From assembly GCA_965208575.1 (NCBI GenBank), contig CBDBOV010000006.1, positions 608,001 to 672,000 of the forward strand: a stretch of DNA of 64,000 bases, given 5' to 3'. Both the position numbers and the translations under genes were made by a program. The notes below the pieces were generated by a model. The model saw only the letters and a list, made by a program, of their open reading frames with translations. It did not search any database and was not told where the DNA came from. This document shows positions 10,111-21,236 of this stretch, piece by piece. The stretch comes from Spirochaetia bacterium. Lineage in GTDB: Bacteria > Spirochaetota > Spirochaetia > SZUA-6 > Bin103. How positions within the stretch are numbered: position 1 is the stretch's first letter; every line of letters begins with the position of its first letter.

Positions 10111-10320
10111 CGCCCCGGGATGCGGCCGCTGATAAACGATCTCCGCGCCGGGTTGCCGGGCTCCGATGCCCCCGACGCACCGGTGAAGTCCGACTGGAGC
10201 TTCGACCACGGTTCCTACACGTGGAGGCCGGCGTGAATCATCTGCCTGGACCTCGATTCGCTCCGGCGCGCTTACCCGCCCGCCCTCTATCCGGTACCCT
10301 CGCCGGAACGGAGGTTACGA

Positions 10321-11328
10321 ATGGAACAACGCAGGTTCGGGGACAGCGATCTGACCTGTTCGGCGCTCGGGTTCGGGACCTGGGAGCTGAGCACCACCCA
10401 GTACGGGGAGATCGACATCGGGGAGGCGCAGCGGGCGGCCGGGGAGGCGATCGACCACGGCATCACGCTGTTCGACACCGCCGAGGCATACGGGCCCTAC
10501 ATCGCGGAGGAGCTGCTCGGCAAGGCGCTCGGCGCGCGCCGCAAGGAAGTCGTCCTGGTGACCAAGGTGGGGTTCAAGTACGGCGGCGGCCGCCAGGGCG
10601 CACAGTGCTCATCGTTCGACCACGTCGTGTCCAGCACCGAGGGCTGTCTGCGGCGCCTCGGCACCGACTGGATTGATCTAATGCTGATCCACTGGCCCGA
10701 CCACAACACCCCGTACGGGGAGCCGATCGCGGCGCTGGAGAAGCTCAAGCAGGACGGCAAGATCCGCCACTACGGGGTGTCCAACTTCTCCCCGGCGATG
10801 ATGGACGCGTGCGAGAGCGCCGGCCACCTGGCCGCCAACCAAGTGGGGTACCACCTGTTCGACCGGCGCGTGGAACGGGCGGTGCTGCCCTACACGCGGG
10901 CCCACGGCATCGGCTTCATGGCCTACGGCACGCTCGGTTTCGGCCTCCTGACCGGCGCGTTCAATGAGTCCACCACCTTCGTGGACTGGGACTGGCGCTC
11001 GAAGGGTTACGCCTTCGGCCTGCCCCTGTTTCAGCGCGAGCAGTTCCTGAAGCAACTGCGGGTGGTCGAACGGCTGCGCGCTATCGCCGCCCGCAACGGC
11101 AAGTCGGTGGCCCAGCTCGCCATCTCGTGGGTGCTCGGCAACCCCGCGGTCACCGTGGCGCTGGTCGGCATCCGCCGCAGCGAAGAACTGAAAGAAAACG
11201 TGGCGGCGGTGGAGTGGCGCCTGTCCCCCGGTGAACGCCAGGAGATCGACACCATCTTCGCCGACGAGGGAGTGCCGACCCACGCCGAAACCTCACAGAT
11301 CACCGAGCCGTTCCTGCCGGCCCGCTGA
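10321..11328 (+). CDS. Aldo/keto reductase (copy 1)
   Basis: LGFGTW, DTAEAYG, TK, IHWPD, GVSNF; GGAGG RBS. Confidence 0.95.
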   Translation: MEQRRFGDSDLTCSALGFGTWELSTTQYGEIDIGEAQRAAGEAIDHGITLFDTAEAYGPYIAEELLGKALGARRKEVVLVTKVGFKYGGGRQGAQCSSFDHVVSSTEGCLRRLGTDWIDLMLIHWPDHNTPYGEPIAALEKLKQDGKIRHYGVSNFSPAMMDACESAGHLAANQVGYHLFDRRVERAVLPYTRAHGIGFMAYGTLGFGLLTGAFNESTTFVDWDWRSKGYAFGLPLFQREQFLKQLRVVERLRAIAARNGKSVAQLAISWVLGNPAVTVALVGIRRSEELKENVAAVEWRLSPGERQEIDTIFADEGVPTHAETSQITEPFLPAR

Positions 11329-11376
11329 CCGGGACCACGCCCGGCGCACGCCCAGCGCACGCCCCGGCGCCCGGCG

Positions 11377-11640
11377 TCAGTCCCAGGTGAACAGCACCTT
11401 GCCGGTGCGGCCGGTGGCGAACAGATCGAACGCCTGCTGCGCCGCGGCCAGCGGGAAGCGGTGGGTGACCAGGTCGGCGAAGCGCAGGCCGGTGCGGTGC
11501 ATGAGCCGGGTCAGCTCGTAGCAGTCGGCCTCGGTGAACATGTTGGACCCCATCAGGCAGCGCTCGCCGAGCATCGGCCCCACGGTGGCGTTCCGGGCGG
11601 TACCGCCCCAGCCGACGTAGACGCGGTCGTCGACCCTGCC
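11377..11640 (-). pseudogene. C-terminal fragment of a Zn-binding alcohol dehydrogenase
   Basis: LVTHRFPLAAAQQAFDLFATGRTGKVLF; no N-terminal domain. Confidence 0.7.
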
Positions 11641-11770
11641 GCGGCCAAACCGCGACGCGGCGCCGACCGGGGCGGCCCCGGCCAACGCGCCGCGCCTTCC
11701 GCGAGCCGTGGACCAGCCACGGCCGCGGTTACGGACTTTCAGCTAACAGCTACCGCCATTATCCGATTGA

Positions 11771-13492
11771 CTAGTATCCCATCGACGCCTTCATGTCCTG
11801 GTCGATCCACATGAGGTCGAAGAGGCCGTCGTGCACCATGTAGCACGCCTCGCCGTAGTAGTTCTTTACCCACGGCCACCAGAACGTGAACTTGAGCGGA
11901 TGCGGAATGGCGATGGTGAGCGCGTTGTCGATCAGGATCAGGTTCGCCTCGGTCAGCAGCTCCACGCGCTTGTCCTTGTCGAACTCCTTCTCCGCCTCGG
12001 CCAGCAACTCGTCGAAGCGCGCATCGCTGAACCGGTTGATGTTGTTGCGCGCGTCCGTTGCGGCGTTGCCGCGGAACCTCATCAGCGTCAACTCGGTGCC
12101 CCACCACTCGATCCAGGCATCCCAGTCTTCCCGGTCATGCGGCTGTCCCCAGTGCAGGCCGGCTTCGTTGACCTCGATCTCGACGTCGATGCCGAACTGC
12201 TGCTTCCACAAGCCGGCGAACGCCTCCGCTACCGGCGGCGTGAACGGCCGGTTGCTCGACAGCAGCTTCATCTTGAAGCCGTTCGGGTAGCCGGCGTCGG
12301 CGAGCATCTGCTGCGCCTTCTCCAGGTCGTAGGTCAGGATCTCCTTGTGCTGCGGCGGCAGCTCGTCGTACGGCACGAAGCCCTCGGCGCGCCACATCAG
12401 CGGCCACTCCAGCGGCGCGTCGCGCTCGTACACGGTTTGCGCAATCGCTTCCCGGTTGGTGCCGATCGACAGCGCGCGGCGCACCGCCACGTTGTCGAAC
12501 GGCGGCCGGTCCACGCGCAAGCGCATACCGATCACGCCGCCGTAGACGTCGTACGCCTGCTGGATATCGGGATTGGTCATGGCCAGCGAGTCGGCGTGCG
12601 TCTTCTCGGCAAACGACACGTAGTCCAGCTTGGCCGTGCGCAGCGCGGCGATGCGCGTGGTTTCATCGCGAATGATCGGAATCACCACGTTGTCGACGAA
12701 CGGCAGTTGATACTGCTTGCCGTCTATGGTCGTTTTGCGCCAGTAGAGCGGGTTTTTCGCCATGCGAAAGTGGGAGCCCGGCGAATACTCCTCCAGCACG
12801 AACGGCCCGGTTCCGACCATGTTGTTCCAGTCGACCGGACCGGCTTCCACCATCTCCGGCGGAATGTGCCAGCCGCGCGCGAGGTCGAGCAGATCCTCCA
12901 ACCAGATCGGGTTGAAATACTTGGTGTGCAGCTTGACCGTGCTGTCATCGATAACCTCGATCGACTTTATCCAATCCTTTTGCATCACAGCCGTGCCGCG
13001 CGGTGCGTCCAGGAAGCGGCTGATGTTGAATTCGAAATCGTGGGCGGTGTACTCACGCGCTTCCATGACCGGGTTGGGACTCATGCCCGACCACATGACA
13101 CCCGGCCGAATGTGGAATACCAGCGCATCGGGGCTCTGTTCCCAGCGTTCCACCGTGCGCCCCACGTAGAACTTGTTGGGTGGGAACTCACCGTCGAACG
13201 GATACTCGTTGGTGCCTCTCGGCCCGTACTCCTCGACGCCCCCGGTCCACGGTTTCTCACCGATCAGGGTAGCCACCCTGGTCTCGCCGGGAGGTGCCGA
13301 GCTGACCGGATCGCCGGTGCCGTCGGTCTGAATGATGCGCTGCATCACGTTCAGGGTGCCGCCGTATTGCGGTTCGCCCGAGTCCGCGGCCATGTCTCCC
13401 GCCGCCGTGGAGGACTCTTCCTCTCCACCGGCAAACAGCGGCGCTCCGGCCACCAGGAGACCCAGAATGATAAGGGTAAAAAACTTCGTCAT
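11771..13492 (-). CDS. Peptide/nickel ABC substrate-binding protein (family 5)
   Basis: Signal peptide FAGGEEE, PQYGGTL, VGTGPF, PFDNVAVRRAL. Confidence 0.92.
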   Translation of the reverse strand: MTKFFTLIILGLLVAGAPLFAGGEEESSTAAGDMAADSGEPQYGGTLNVMQRIIQTDGTGDPVSSAPPGETRVATLIGEKPWTGGVEEYGPRGTNEYPFDGEFPPNKFYVGRTVERWEQSPDALVFHIRPGVMWSGMSPNPVMEAREYTAHDFEFNISRFLDAPRGTAVMQKDWIKSIEVIDDSTVKLHTKYFNPIWLEDLLDLARGWHIPPEMVEAGPVDWNNMVGTGPFVLEEYSPGSHFRMAKNPLYWRKTTIDGKQYQLPFVDNVVIPIIRDETTRIAALRTAKLDYVSFAEKTHADSLAMTNPDIQQAYDVYGGVIGMRLRVDRPPFDNVAVRRALSIGTNREAIAQTVYERDAPLEWPLMWRAEGFVPYDELPPQHKEILTYDLEKAQQMLADAGYPNGFKMKLLSSNRPFTPPVAEAFAGLWKQQFGIDVEIEVNEAGLHWGQPHDREDWDAWIEWWGTELTLMRFRGNAATDARNNINRFSDARFDELLAEAEKEFDKDKRVELLTEANLILIDNALTIAIPHPLKFTFWWPWVKNYYGEACYMVHDGLFDLMWIDQDMKASMGY

Positions 13493-13594
13493 CTTCACTC
13501 CTTCATGAATCTGACAACTGAACCCATGAATGATCGAAGGCATGGCGGGTGGTTCCGGCCTGCCATGCGGATCCCATGTGATATCTTCCTGAAA

Positions 13595-14515
13595 TCACCT
13601 CCTCCGTTGCGAGACGCGAAAGTTGCCGGTGCCGCCGCGCAGCCGCGGATCGAGCAGATCGCGCAGCGCGTCACCGAGCACGTTGATGCCGAACACTACC
13701 GCGGCCAGGGCAACGCCCGGCCACAGCGCCATCCACGGCGCCTTGAACATGTACAATCTGCCGATGATGCCGAGCATGCCGCCCCAGCTCGGTTGCGGCG
13801 GCGGCACCCCGTAGCCGAGGAAACTCAGGCTCGCCTCGGTAAGAATCAGCGACGGCACCTGCAGGCTGAAATTGACGATCGCCGGCGCCATGATGTTGGG
13901 CAGAATGTGCCGGAAGATAATGGATATGGTGGATGTCCCGATGGCGCGCGACGACTCCACGTAGGCGTTTTCCTTGATGTCGATCACGGCGCTGCGGATG
14001 ATGCGCGAGCCGCCGATTCCCCCCAGGATGCCGAGCACCACGATCACCGACCACAGGCTCGCCCCGACCATGGAGACGGCGGCCATCACCAGCACCAGGC
14101 CCGGCATCGACATGACGCCGTCCACGACCCGCTGCACCACCATGTCGAAGCGGCCGCCGAGGTAGCCGCTCAGCATGCCCAGGAACAGCGTCAGCAGGGT
14201 GGCGATCGACGCGCCGGCCAACCCCACGATCACCGACACGCGCGCCCCGAACATGATCTGGCTGAGCATGTCGCGCCCGAGGTTGTCGGTGCCGAGCCAG
14301 TACTTGGCCGATGGCCGCAGCAGGTTCTCGCCGAGATGGATCTCGTTCATCGGGTACGGCGCTATGAAATCGGCAAATACGGCGACGAACAGGAACGACA
14401 GGCTGATCAACATGCCCACCGCGCCGAGCGGCTTTTCCCTGATCAGGCGCTTGAAGAAGTCGACCGCTTTGAGTTGCCGCCGTGCGACGATGATGTCGGG
14501 AGCACTGTCCGCCAC
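13595..14515 (-). CDS. Peptide ABC permease DppC/OppC
   Basis: LGTDNLGRD, HILPN, SLSFLGYG, GDALRDLLDPR; start GTG 14515 inferred. Confidence 0.92.
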   Translation of the reverse strand: MADSAPDIIVARRQLKAVDFFKRLIREKPLGAVGMLISLSFLFVAVFADFIAPYPMNEIHLGENLLRPSAKYWLGTDNLGRDMLSQIMFGARVSVIVGLAGASIATLLTLFLGMLSGYLGGRFDMVVQRVVDGVMSMPGLVLVMAAVSMVGASLWSVIVVLGILGGIGGSRIIRSAVIDIKENAYVESSRAIGTSTISIIFRHILPNIMAPAIVNFSLQVPSLILTEASLSFLGYGVPPPQPSWGGMLGIIGRLYMFKAPWMALWPGVALAAVVFGINVLGDALRDLLDPRLRGGTGNFRVSQRRR

Positions 14516-14538
14516 GTACCGCCTCGCTTCGCCCCCGC

Positions 14539-15531
14539 CTATTGGTAGTGGATCTGCGGATTGAGGAATCCGTAGGTCAAATCGACCACCAGGTTGATCA
14601 ATACCATGCCGCAACCGAAGATGATCAGGGTGCCGCTGACCACCGGATAGTCCCGGAGCCGGGTCGCCTCCACGATCAGTTCACCCATGCCGGGCAGGCC
14701 GAAGATGGTCTCGATAATCACCGTGCCGCCCACCAGGATCGGCATCCACAAGCCGACGTAGGTGACCACCGGGATCAGCGCGTTCTTGAGCGCGTGGCGG
14801 ATGATCACCACCTTCTCCTTGAGCCCCTTGGACCATGCCGTGCGGATGTAGTCCCGGCGCAACACCTCCAGCATCATGGTGCGGTGAAAGCGCATGCTGC
14901 CGCCGGACATCGACAGGCCAAGCACGACGCCGGGAATGATGAACATGGCGAGGTTGCGGCCCACGTCCTTGTGCAGCGGCACGTACATCAACGGGGGCAT
15001 GAAGCCCCACCACACCGCCGGGAACACGATCACCAGCGTGGCCAGCCAGAAGGCGGGAATGGAGATGAACAGGATCGAGAAGCTGCGCACCACGTAGTCG
15101 CCGATGCTGTCCTGCCGGATCGCCGAGTAGGTGGCGATCGGGAACGCAAAGCACTGCCCCACGAGCAGCCCGATAATGCTCAGCTCGACGGTCACCGGCC
15201 ACCTGCGGCCGATCTCCTCCAGTACGCTGTTGGGACGCCACAGGCTGTCGCCGAGATCGCCCTGCAGCACGCCGCGAAACTCGCCGTCCGCCTGCGCCAC
15301 GATGCCGAGCCAGCGCCCGTACTGGTGAACGAGCGACACGTCCATGCCCAGCTCACGCATCAGCGCTTCGCGCGTCGCCTCGACGTCGCCGCCGCCCTCG
15401 ATGGCGAACTGGCTCACCATGATGTCCACCACGTCGCCGGGCACCAGGCGCATCAGCACGAACACGATGAACGTGACCACGAACACCGTGGGAATCATGA
15501 GCAGCAACCGCCTGATCATGTACGTGCGCAC
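14539..15531 (-). CDS. Peptide ABC permease DppB/OppB
   Basis: PGD, GDLGDSL, DYIRTAWSKGL, RHALKNALIP, RDYP. Confidence 0.94.
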   Translation of the reverse strand: MRTYMIRRLLLMIPTVFVVTFIVFVLMRLVPGDVVDIMVSQFAIEGGGDVEATREALMRELGMDVSLVHQYGRWLGIVAQADGEFRGVLQGDLGDSLWRPNSVLEEIGRRWPVTVELSIIGLLVGQCFAFPIATYSAIRQDSIGDYVVRSFSILFISIPAFWLATLVIVFPAVWWGFMPPLMYVPLHKDVGRNLAMFIIPGVVLGLSMSGGSMRFHRTMMLEVLRRDYIRTAWSKGLKEKVVIIRHALKNALIPVVTYVGLWMPILVGGTVIIETIFGLPGMGELIVEATRLRDYPVVSGTLIIFGCGMVLINLVVDLTYGFLNPQIHYQ

Positions 15532-15657
15532 GTTTCCTCCCCATCGCCGGCGCCGCGCGCGGCAACCGAGCGGCCTTTATAACACGCACGCTGACAGCCG
15601 TCAAAATCGCCGCGGCCGAACAGGCCGGGCCGGCTGCGCCGAGAGAACCGGCCGCGC

Positions 15658-17580
15658 CTACGGAGCTGGGAGAGCCTGCCGCCCCCGCCGGTAGACCAGA
15701 CGCCACATCCGATCTCCGGCCATCTCCCCGAGATCCTCCCGCACGCCGTCGGACCAGACCACGCGCACCGCGGCAGTAGGCGATTGGCCGAGGCCGAAGT
15801 GCAGCGCGGTGTCGTTGCCGGCGCCCAGGCTCGAGCCGCTCTTCACCTCCTGCATGCGCACCCGGCCGCCGGCGGGTGTCACGAACACCCGCGCCCCGAT
15901 CGCGTCGCGGTTCACCGGCGGGCGCCCTTCCAGCCGCAGCGTCAGCCAGTGGTTGTCGGCCGCGGCCAGGCCCGTGTTGCGGTACAGCGCGTAGCCGGAG
16001 TCGAAGTTGCCGACCACGAAGTCGACCAGGCCGTCGCGGTCGTAGTCGGCGTAGGCCACGCCCATGGTCGGGTGGCGGTGGCGGTGCCAGCTCGGCGGCG
16101 TGGCGTCTTCGAAGTTTCCGTAGCCGCGGTTCCGGAACAGCACGTTGGCATACGGCAGCAGGAAGTCGACCAGCTCGGTGGCATCCTCGAAGTGGCCGGC
16201 ATATCCGCTCGCCGCCAGGAACAGGTCCAGCCAGCCGTCGTTATCGTAGTCGAAGAACGCCGCGCCCCAGCCGGCCAGGCCACCGGGCTGCTCGGCCCCC
16301 ACGCCGGCCGCCTCGGTGGCGTCGCGGAACCGCCCGCCCACGTTCTGCAGCAGCGACATCCCCTCGCCCATGTCCGAGAAGTAGAAGTCCAGGTCCAGGT
16401 CGTTGTCGTAGTCCCCCACCGCCAGCCCCATGCCGTACCCCACGTCCCCGGTCCGGGTCTCGGCGGAGGCGTCGCGCCAGCACCAGCCGCCGCACCCCGG
16501 CCCGTCGTTGCGCCACAGCACGTTGCCGATCGGGTGCTCCACCTTGTCGTTGACCACGTAGATGTCCGGGTCGCCGTCGTCGTCGAAGTCGGCAAAGCTC
16601 GCCGAGAAGGCGGCCCCCTGCCGCTTGGCGCCGAGCAGCCGCGACACGTCCTCGAAGGTGCCGTCGCCGCGGTTGCGGTACAGCCGGTCGCCGGCCAGTT
16701 CCGCCGCGCGGGCGCGCGGGCACTCCGGGAAGCAGCGCCAGTTGGCCACGAACAGGTCCAGGAAGCCGTCGCCGTCGTAGTCGCCCCAGGCGGCGGTGGC
16801 GCCCTTGCCCGTGTCGCCTACCCCGGCCGCGGCGGTAACGTCGCGGAAGCGCATGCCGGCCTCGTTGCGGAACAGCACGTTGCGCCCGTGCGCCACCACG
16901 TACAGGTCGCGCCAGCCGTCGTTGTCGTAGTCCGCCCACACCGCTCCCCCGGTCCAGGTGTCGGCCAGCGCCACCCCCGCGGCCTGCTCCGGGATGCCGA
17001 AGGTGCCGTCGCCATTGTTTCGGTACAGCCGGCTCGGCGCCTGGCCGCCGGCCAGGAACAGGTCCACCCAGCCGTCATTATCGTAGTCGCCCCACGCCTG
17101 CCCGGTGCCCAGGTAGCCGCGCGCAAACGCCTTGCCCGTAAACTCGTCCCAAGTGCCGCGATGCGGCGCATCGATACCGGCCGCAACGGTCGCGTCCACA
17201 AAGACCTCAGCCAACTGTTCCAGTGCCGGCGCCTGTGCTGCCGGCGCCGCCTGTTGTGCTGCCGGCGCCGTCTGTGCTGCCGGCGGGGTCTGTGCTGCCG
17301 GCGGGGTCTGTGCTGCCGACACCGTCTGTGCTGCCGGCACCGTCTGTGCTGCCGGCACCGTCTGTGCTGCCGGCACCGTCTGTGCTGCCGGCACCGTCTG
17401 TGCTGCCGGCACCGTCTGTGCTGCCGGCACCGTCTGTGCTGCTGGCACCGTCTGTGTTGCCGGCGGCGCCTCTCCTGCCGGCGGCGTCTGTGCTGCCGGC
17501 GGCTCCTGCGTCCCCGCCGGTGCGACCGCCAGCACCGTCAGCGCCGCCAGCCCGGCTGCCAACCGGCCGACCGTCAACAC
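15658..17580 (-). CDS. Secreted CRTAC1/ASPIC-UnbV protein with FG-GAP repeats (start uncertain)
   Basis: Multiple DYDNDG Ca-binding loops, NRDAIGARV, LHFGLG; N-terminal signal-like segment. Confidence 0.88.
   Translation of the reverse strand: MLTVGRLAAGLAALTVLAVAPAGTQEPPAAQTPPAGEAPPATQTVPAAQTVPAAQTVPAAQTVPAAQTVPAAQTVPAAQTVPAAQTVSAAQTPPAAQTPPAAQTAPAAQQAAPAAQAPALEQLAEVFVDATVAAGIDAPHRGTWDEFTGKAFARGYLGTGQAWGDYDNDGWVDLFLAGGQAPSRLYRNNGDGTFGIPEQAAGVALADTWTGGAVWADYDNDGWRDLYVVAHGRNVLFRNEAGMRFRDVTAAAGVGDTGKGATAAWGDYDGDGFLDLFVANWRCFPECPRARAAELAGDRLYRNRGDGTFEDVSRLLGAKRQGAAFSASFADFDDDGDPDIYVVNDKVEHPIGNVLWRNDGPGCGGWCWRDASAETRTGDVGYGMGLAVGDYDNDLDLDFYFSDMGEGMSLLQNVGGRFRDATEAAGVGAEQPGGLAGWGAAFFDYDNDGWLDLFLAASGYAGHFEDATELVDFLLPYANVLFRNRGYGNFEDATPPSWHRHRHPTMGVAYADYDRDGLVDFVVGNFDSGYALYRNTGLAAADNHWLTLRLEGRPPVNRDAIGARVFVTPAGGRVRMQEVKSGSSLGAGNDTALHFGLGQSPTAAVRVVWSDGVREDLGEMAGDRMWRLVYRRGRQALPAP
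17225..17500. repeat. 18-bp coding VNTR (GCCGGCACCGTCTGTGCT) encoding PAAQTV linker
   Basis: About 14 tandem units, central ones near-identical. Confidence 0.95.
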
Positions 17581-17859
17581 CAGCCGTACCCGCTGCGGCC
17601 TCCCCCGCAGTCGCTGGCTGTGACAGACTCTCCGTACCCGTGCACCTCTCACAGATACCATTGACCCGGCCTGCCAGTCAGTCCGGCCTGTGGGGGGCGA
17701 ACGCGTAAAGCGGCAAGCGATCACTTACCCAGGGATCTGCCTGATCGAGGGCGTGGAACCGAACATCCTGGAGCTGACGAACTGAATCGGCGAGGCGATG
17801 GTGCGCGGCTTCGCATCGACCGCCGATAGTCGGGGCGCCGGTTCCACGACCGTGTGCGA

Positions 17860-19854
17860 TCAGGCCCCGGCCCGATTGACTGCCGCATACGAACCGGCGG
17901 TCTGCCCGCGCTCGTTGCCATCGACCGCGAAGACCGGAGCGCGTCGGGCTTCAGACGGCTCACTCCCGGCGTTCACATGGCGCTGAGCGTGGCGCAACCG
18001 GTGATGCGCACCGCAGCGTACCCTCAAATTCGGCGGCTCGGCACCACCGCCGAGCGCGAACGGCACGATGTGGTCGATCTTCTACCGATAGCGGGAGCCA
18101 CAGCGCCGACCGCTGTGGCGGTCGACATAGCTGCAACGACCCTGGTCGCGCCGCCACACCTCCCGCAGCACGGCCGCCGGGATGTACCGTGACCGGGAGC
18201 CCGGCACCGCGCCGACGCAGCGCAACGCGGACAAGTGCCGCTCCAGTGCCGGCGAACGCTCCCCCGTCCCTATCGCACCACGCCCGGCGGTGTCCGCAAG
18301 CCGCTTCGCGGGCGAAGTCGGGAACCGGTAGCCGCCCCGTAGCGGTGCCCACGACCCGTTGCGCCGGTCGGCTTTGAACCGCGCTCCGGCGGCACACGCT
18401 GCACGCTCCGGGACACCGCCCGCCCCCGCGTCCCGGCCATCGCCGACCGCTCGCCCCTGCCGCTTCGCCAGCGAAGCAGCCCGACCGCCTCTGCCAAGCA
18501 TCGCCTGCGGTTGTCCGCATGCGGCGGCGCCACGAATACGTTGCGCCTCCTCGACATGCGCGTGCTCATCTCGCTTCGGCGACGAAGCGGTGCGGCGGAC
18601 AACATTTCGCACCGCCGCGGACTTCGCGCTGCCGCGTTCGGCTTCCGTGTGCCGCTTCGCCACCGATTCGGGGTGGCCGCTGCCGTCCCGCACCCCCGCC
18701 CGCTCCGCGCTGCCGCTCTCCGCTTCCGTATGGCGCTTCGCCGCCGAAACGGGGTGACCGCCACCGTCTCGCGGCGCCGCCGGCATCGTGGTGCCGCTCT
18801 CGGCTTGCGTATGCCGCTTCGCCACCGAAAGACGGGGAGCGCCATCCCGGTTTGCCGCCAACGATATGTCGCCCGGCTCGCCCTCGTTCAGCCGTTCGAC
18901 ATCGCTCCCCTTCGCGCGTACCACGTTCCGCCGCACGGTCTCCGCGTCGCGTCGCACCGGCTTGCTCGGCGTTCGGGCGCCGTCGACCGAGGCGTCCCCG
19001 CCCCGACGCCGCGACCTCCGTGGCCGCTCCGGGTCGTAGCGGTCCAGGCCGTCCCGCACCAGCCTCGCCACCAGCCGGCCCAGCGTCAGGTGCGGGTCCC
19101 GGTGCGACAGCAGCATCTGCAGCTTCTCCAGTCCATGCCGACACTCCGCGTCGACCGCCGCCTTCAGCTCCCAGCGCCCGCCCCCGAGCGCGCGCATCCG
19201 GTCGCTCGGCCGCGCCAACTCCGGGTCCACCTCGGCCAGCATCTGCTGCACTTCGCGCGTGCTCTTGCCGGCCGCCTGCTTGACCAGCTCCTCCCGCGCC
19301 GCCGCGTCCAGTACCGGCCCGGCTGCCGGTGCCGGCCCGGCTGCCGGTGCCGGCCCGGCTGCCGGGGGCGCCGGATCGTGCTCGCCGCCGCGCACCGGGG
19401 CCGCCGGTCCCGATTCGCCCGGTGCGCCGTCGCTCCGTGGCGCACCGCCCGGGGCGCCACCTGCTCCGGTACTTACCGGCGGGCGGCCCCGGCTGCGGTC
19501 GCTGCGGTCGCTGCGCTCGAACAGGCTCTGCAGTTGCGCCGCGTTGCTCAGGTTCAGCGAGCCGTCCTGCAGCATCTCGCGCGCCCCGCTGGTCTGGCTG
19601 CACAGCCGCATCGCCTTGATCCTCCGCCAGGCGGCGGCCGCGGTGTAGCCCAGTTCGTGCACCACGTAGTCGAACAAACTGCCATACCCGCGGGTCAGGT
19701 GCAGGCGGCGCGCCTCGATTTCGCGCAGGTGGTCGAGGACCAGGATCTGCAGCGCCTGCTCGTGCCGGGCGAGCTGCCGAGTCTGCGCCAACAGGAGGTA
19801 GTCGGGCAGCGCGGCGACGGTGGACCAGGGGGCGGGAGAGATCACGGTATCCAT
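17860..19854 (-). pseudogene. DUF222-like N-terminus plus C-terminal HNH endonuclease, with in-frame TAG at 18082-18084
   Basis: RYIPAAVLREVWRRDQGRCSY...CGSRYR*KIDHIVPFALGG...NLRVRCGAHH. Confidence 0.8.
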
Positions 19855-20196
19855 GTCGTAAGTATAATATGGGATTCAAGATAGCCGATTTGTCCGAGTC
19901 CTCGACGGCGGTGAAACGCAGCCCGGAAGGCCGCTCAGCGGGGCGCTGTCGTACCCGCGGAAGCCAAGTCGTCTCCGGACCGTCGGAGGGGCCGCCGCGC
20001 GCCGTAGCGAGCCACTATGAGCCCCGAAAATTGCGTCAAGGGGTGCGCGCAGTTTTTTGCAACTTTTTTTGCGATTCTCTCCATGTCCCGCGCTCTGTCG
20101 GGACGGCGGGGCTGCCTCGTACCGGAAAGTGGGTCCGCTCCCGGTCAGTGGCGCACGCGGACAAAGAGACGGTAAACGAATACTATCGAATGCGCT

Positions 20197-20436
20197 GTGA
20201 AGACGGTCACGGTTCGCCTCGACGACGACACCTATCGATTGATCCGGCAGGCCGCCGGCGGCGAGTTGCGCAGCATCTCCAACTTCATCGAGTACGCCAC
20301 CCTGTCCTATCTCACGGACGCGGCTTCGGTGTCCGATCAGGAGATGGCCGAGATACTGTCGGACCCTGACCTGGTGTCGACTCTGCAGCACACGCGGTCC
20401 GAAGTGAGTGGCAAGAAGTACCGGATCATCGAGTAA
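20197..20436 (+). CDS. Ribbon-helix-helix antitoxin
   Basis: MKTVTVRLDD...RSISNFIEYA; precedes RelE-like remnant. Confidence 0.8.
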   Translation: MKTVTVRLDDDTYRLIRQAAGGELRSISNFIEYATLSYLTDAASVSDQEMAEILSDPDLVSTLQHTRSEVSGKKYRIIE

Positions 20437-20701
20437 CTACACCGTCGCGGAGACCGAGTCGCTGCGCAAGAACAAGGCCTTGCCCGCCTCTACCCCCGCG
20501 TTTCGCGACACCGTTTATCCGCTGCTTCGCCGCGAGCCGTACCTCGGGCCCAACATCAAGCGGCTGCAGGGGCGAGTTCAGCGACTTCTACCGGTATCGA
20601 CTGGGGCGATTACCGGTTGTTCTCCACGATCGACGAACAGGACACGGTCGTGGTCGTGGCCGACCTCCGCAGCCGGGCAAGCGTCGTACCGGAGACGATA
20701 G
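20423..20701 (+). pseudogene. RelE/ParE-family toxin, frameshifted
   Basis: YPLLRREPYLGPNIKRLQG then EFSDFYRYRLGDYRLFSTID in another frame (G-run near 20570). Confidence 0.75.
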
Positions 20702-20798
20702 CCGCCCGCCGGCGGCACCGCTGCGGCCAAGTTTCCCCGGGCAAGCCCTGCTGCCGCCGCAGAGCACCCGCGCAACGCCCCGCGTGTCGATTGCCGTG

Positions 20799-21236
20799 CT
20801 ACCCGGAAGCCGCCATCGACTCGATCAGCAGGTCGATCTTGTCGCCGTAGTCGAGCAGCGCCGGAAGGGCGTTCAGGTCGGCCCAGAAGAAGTCGAACGG
20901 GATCAGGACCGTACCGTCCTCCGCCACCTCCCCATGCCGCCAGAATTGTTTCGGCCGTCCCTCCAGGGTCAGGTGGAAGAACCAGCGATACTGGAGTTCG
21001 TCGAGCCCGTAGTCCCGCATGTCGCGGGTGTCCTGTGCGAGGAGCCTCTCGTACTTGAGTCCTGCCAGACCCGTTTCCTCGCGCGCTTCCCGCATCACGG
21101 CGTGCTTCGGGCTCTCTCCCGGTTCGATCGTCCCGGCGGGAACCTGAACGCCGGCGTCCGGAGATTCCGGGTGGGTAAAGAGGAGCAGCCGGCGGCCGTT
21201 GGTGATGTAGGCGTATACCCGGTGACGGATGTTCAT
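20799..21236 (-). CDS. NUDIX hydrolase
   Basis: Nudix box GTIEPGESPKHAVMREAREETGL. Confidence 0.9.
   Translation of the reverse strand: MNIRHRVYAYITNGRRLLLFTHPESPDAGVQVPAGTIEPGESPKHAVMREAREETGLAGLKYERLLAQDTRDMRDYGLDELQYRWFFHLTLEGRPKQFWRHGEVAEDGTVLIPFDFFWADLNALPALLDYGDKIDLLIESMAASG

Noticed and set aside
11831-14548. 905-aa plus-strand ORF and similar long ORFs (44195-46774, 53599-55902, 15784-17664)
   Set aside because: Antisense shadows of real genes in high-GC DNA; no recognisable motifs
17225-17500. CRISPR or DGR-type repeat
   Set aside because: In-frame 18-bp coding VNTR forming a Pro/Ala linker
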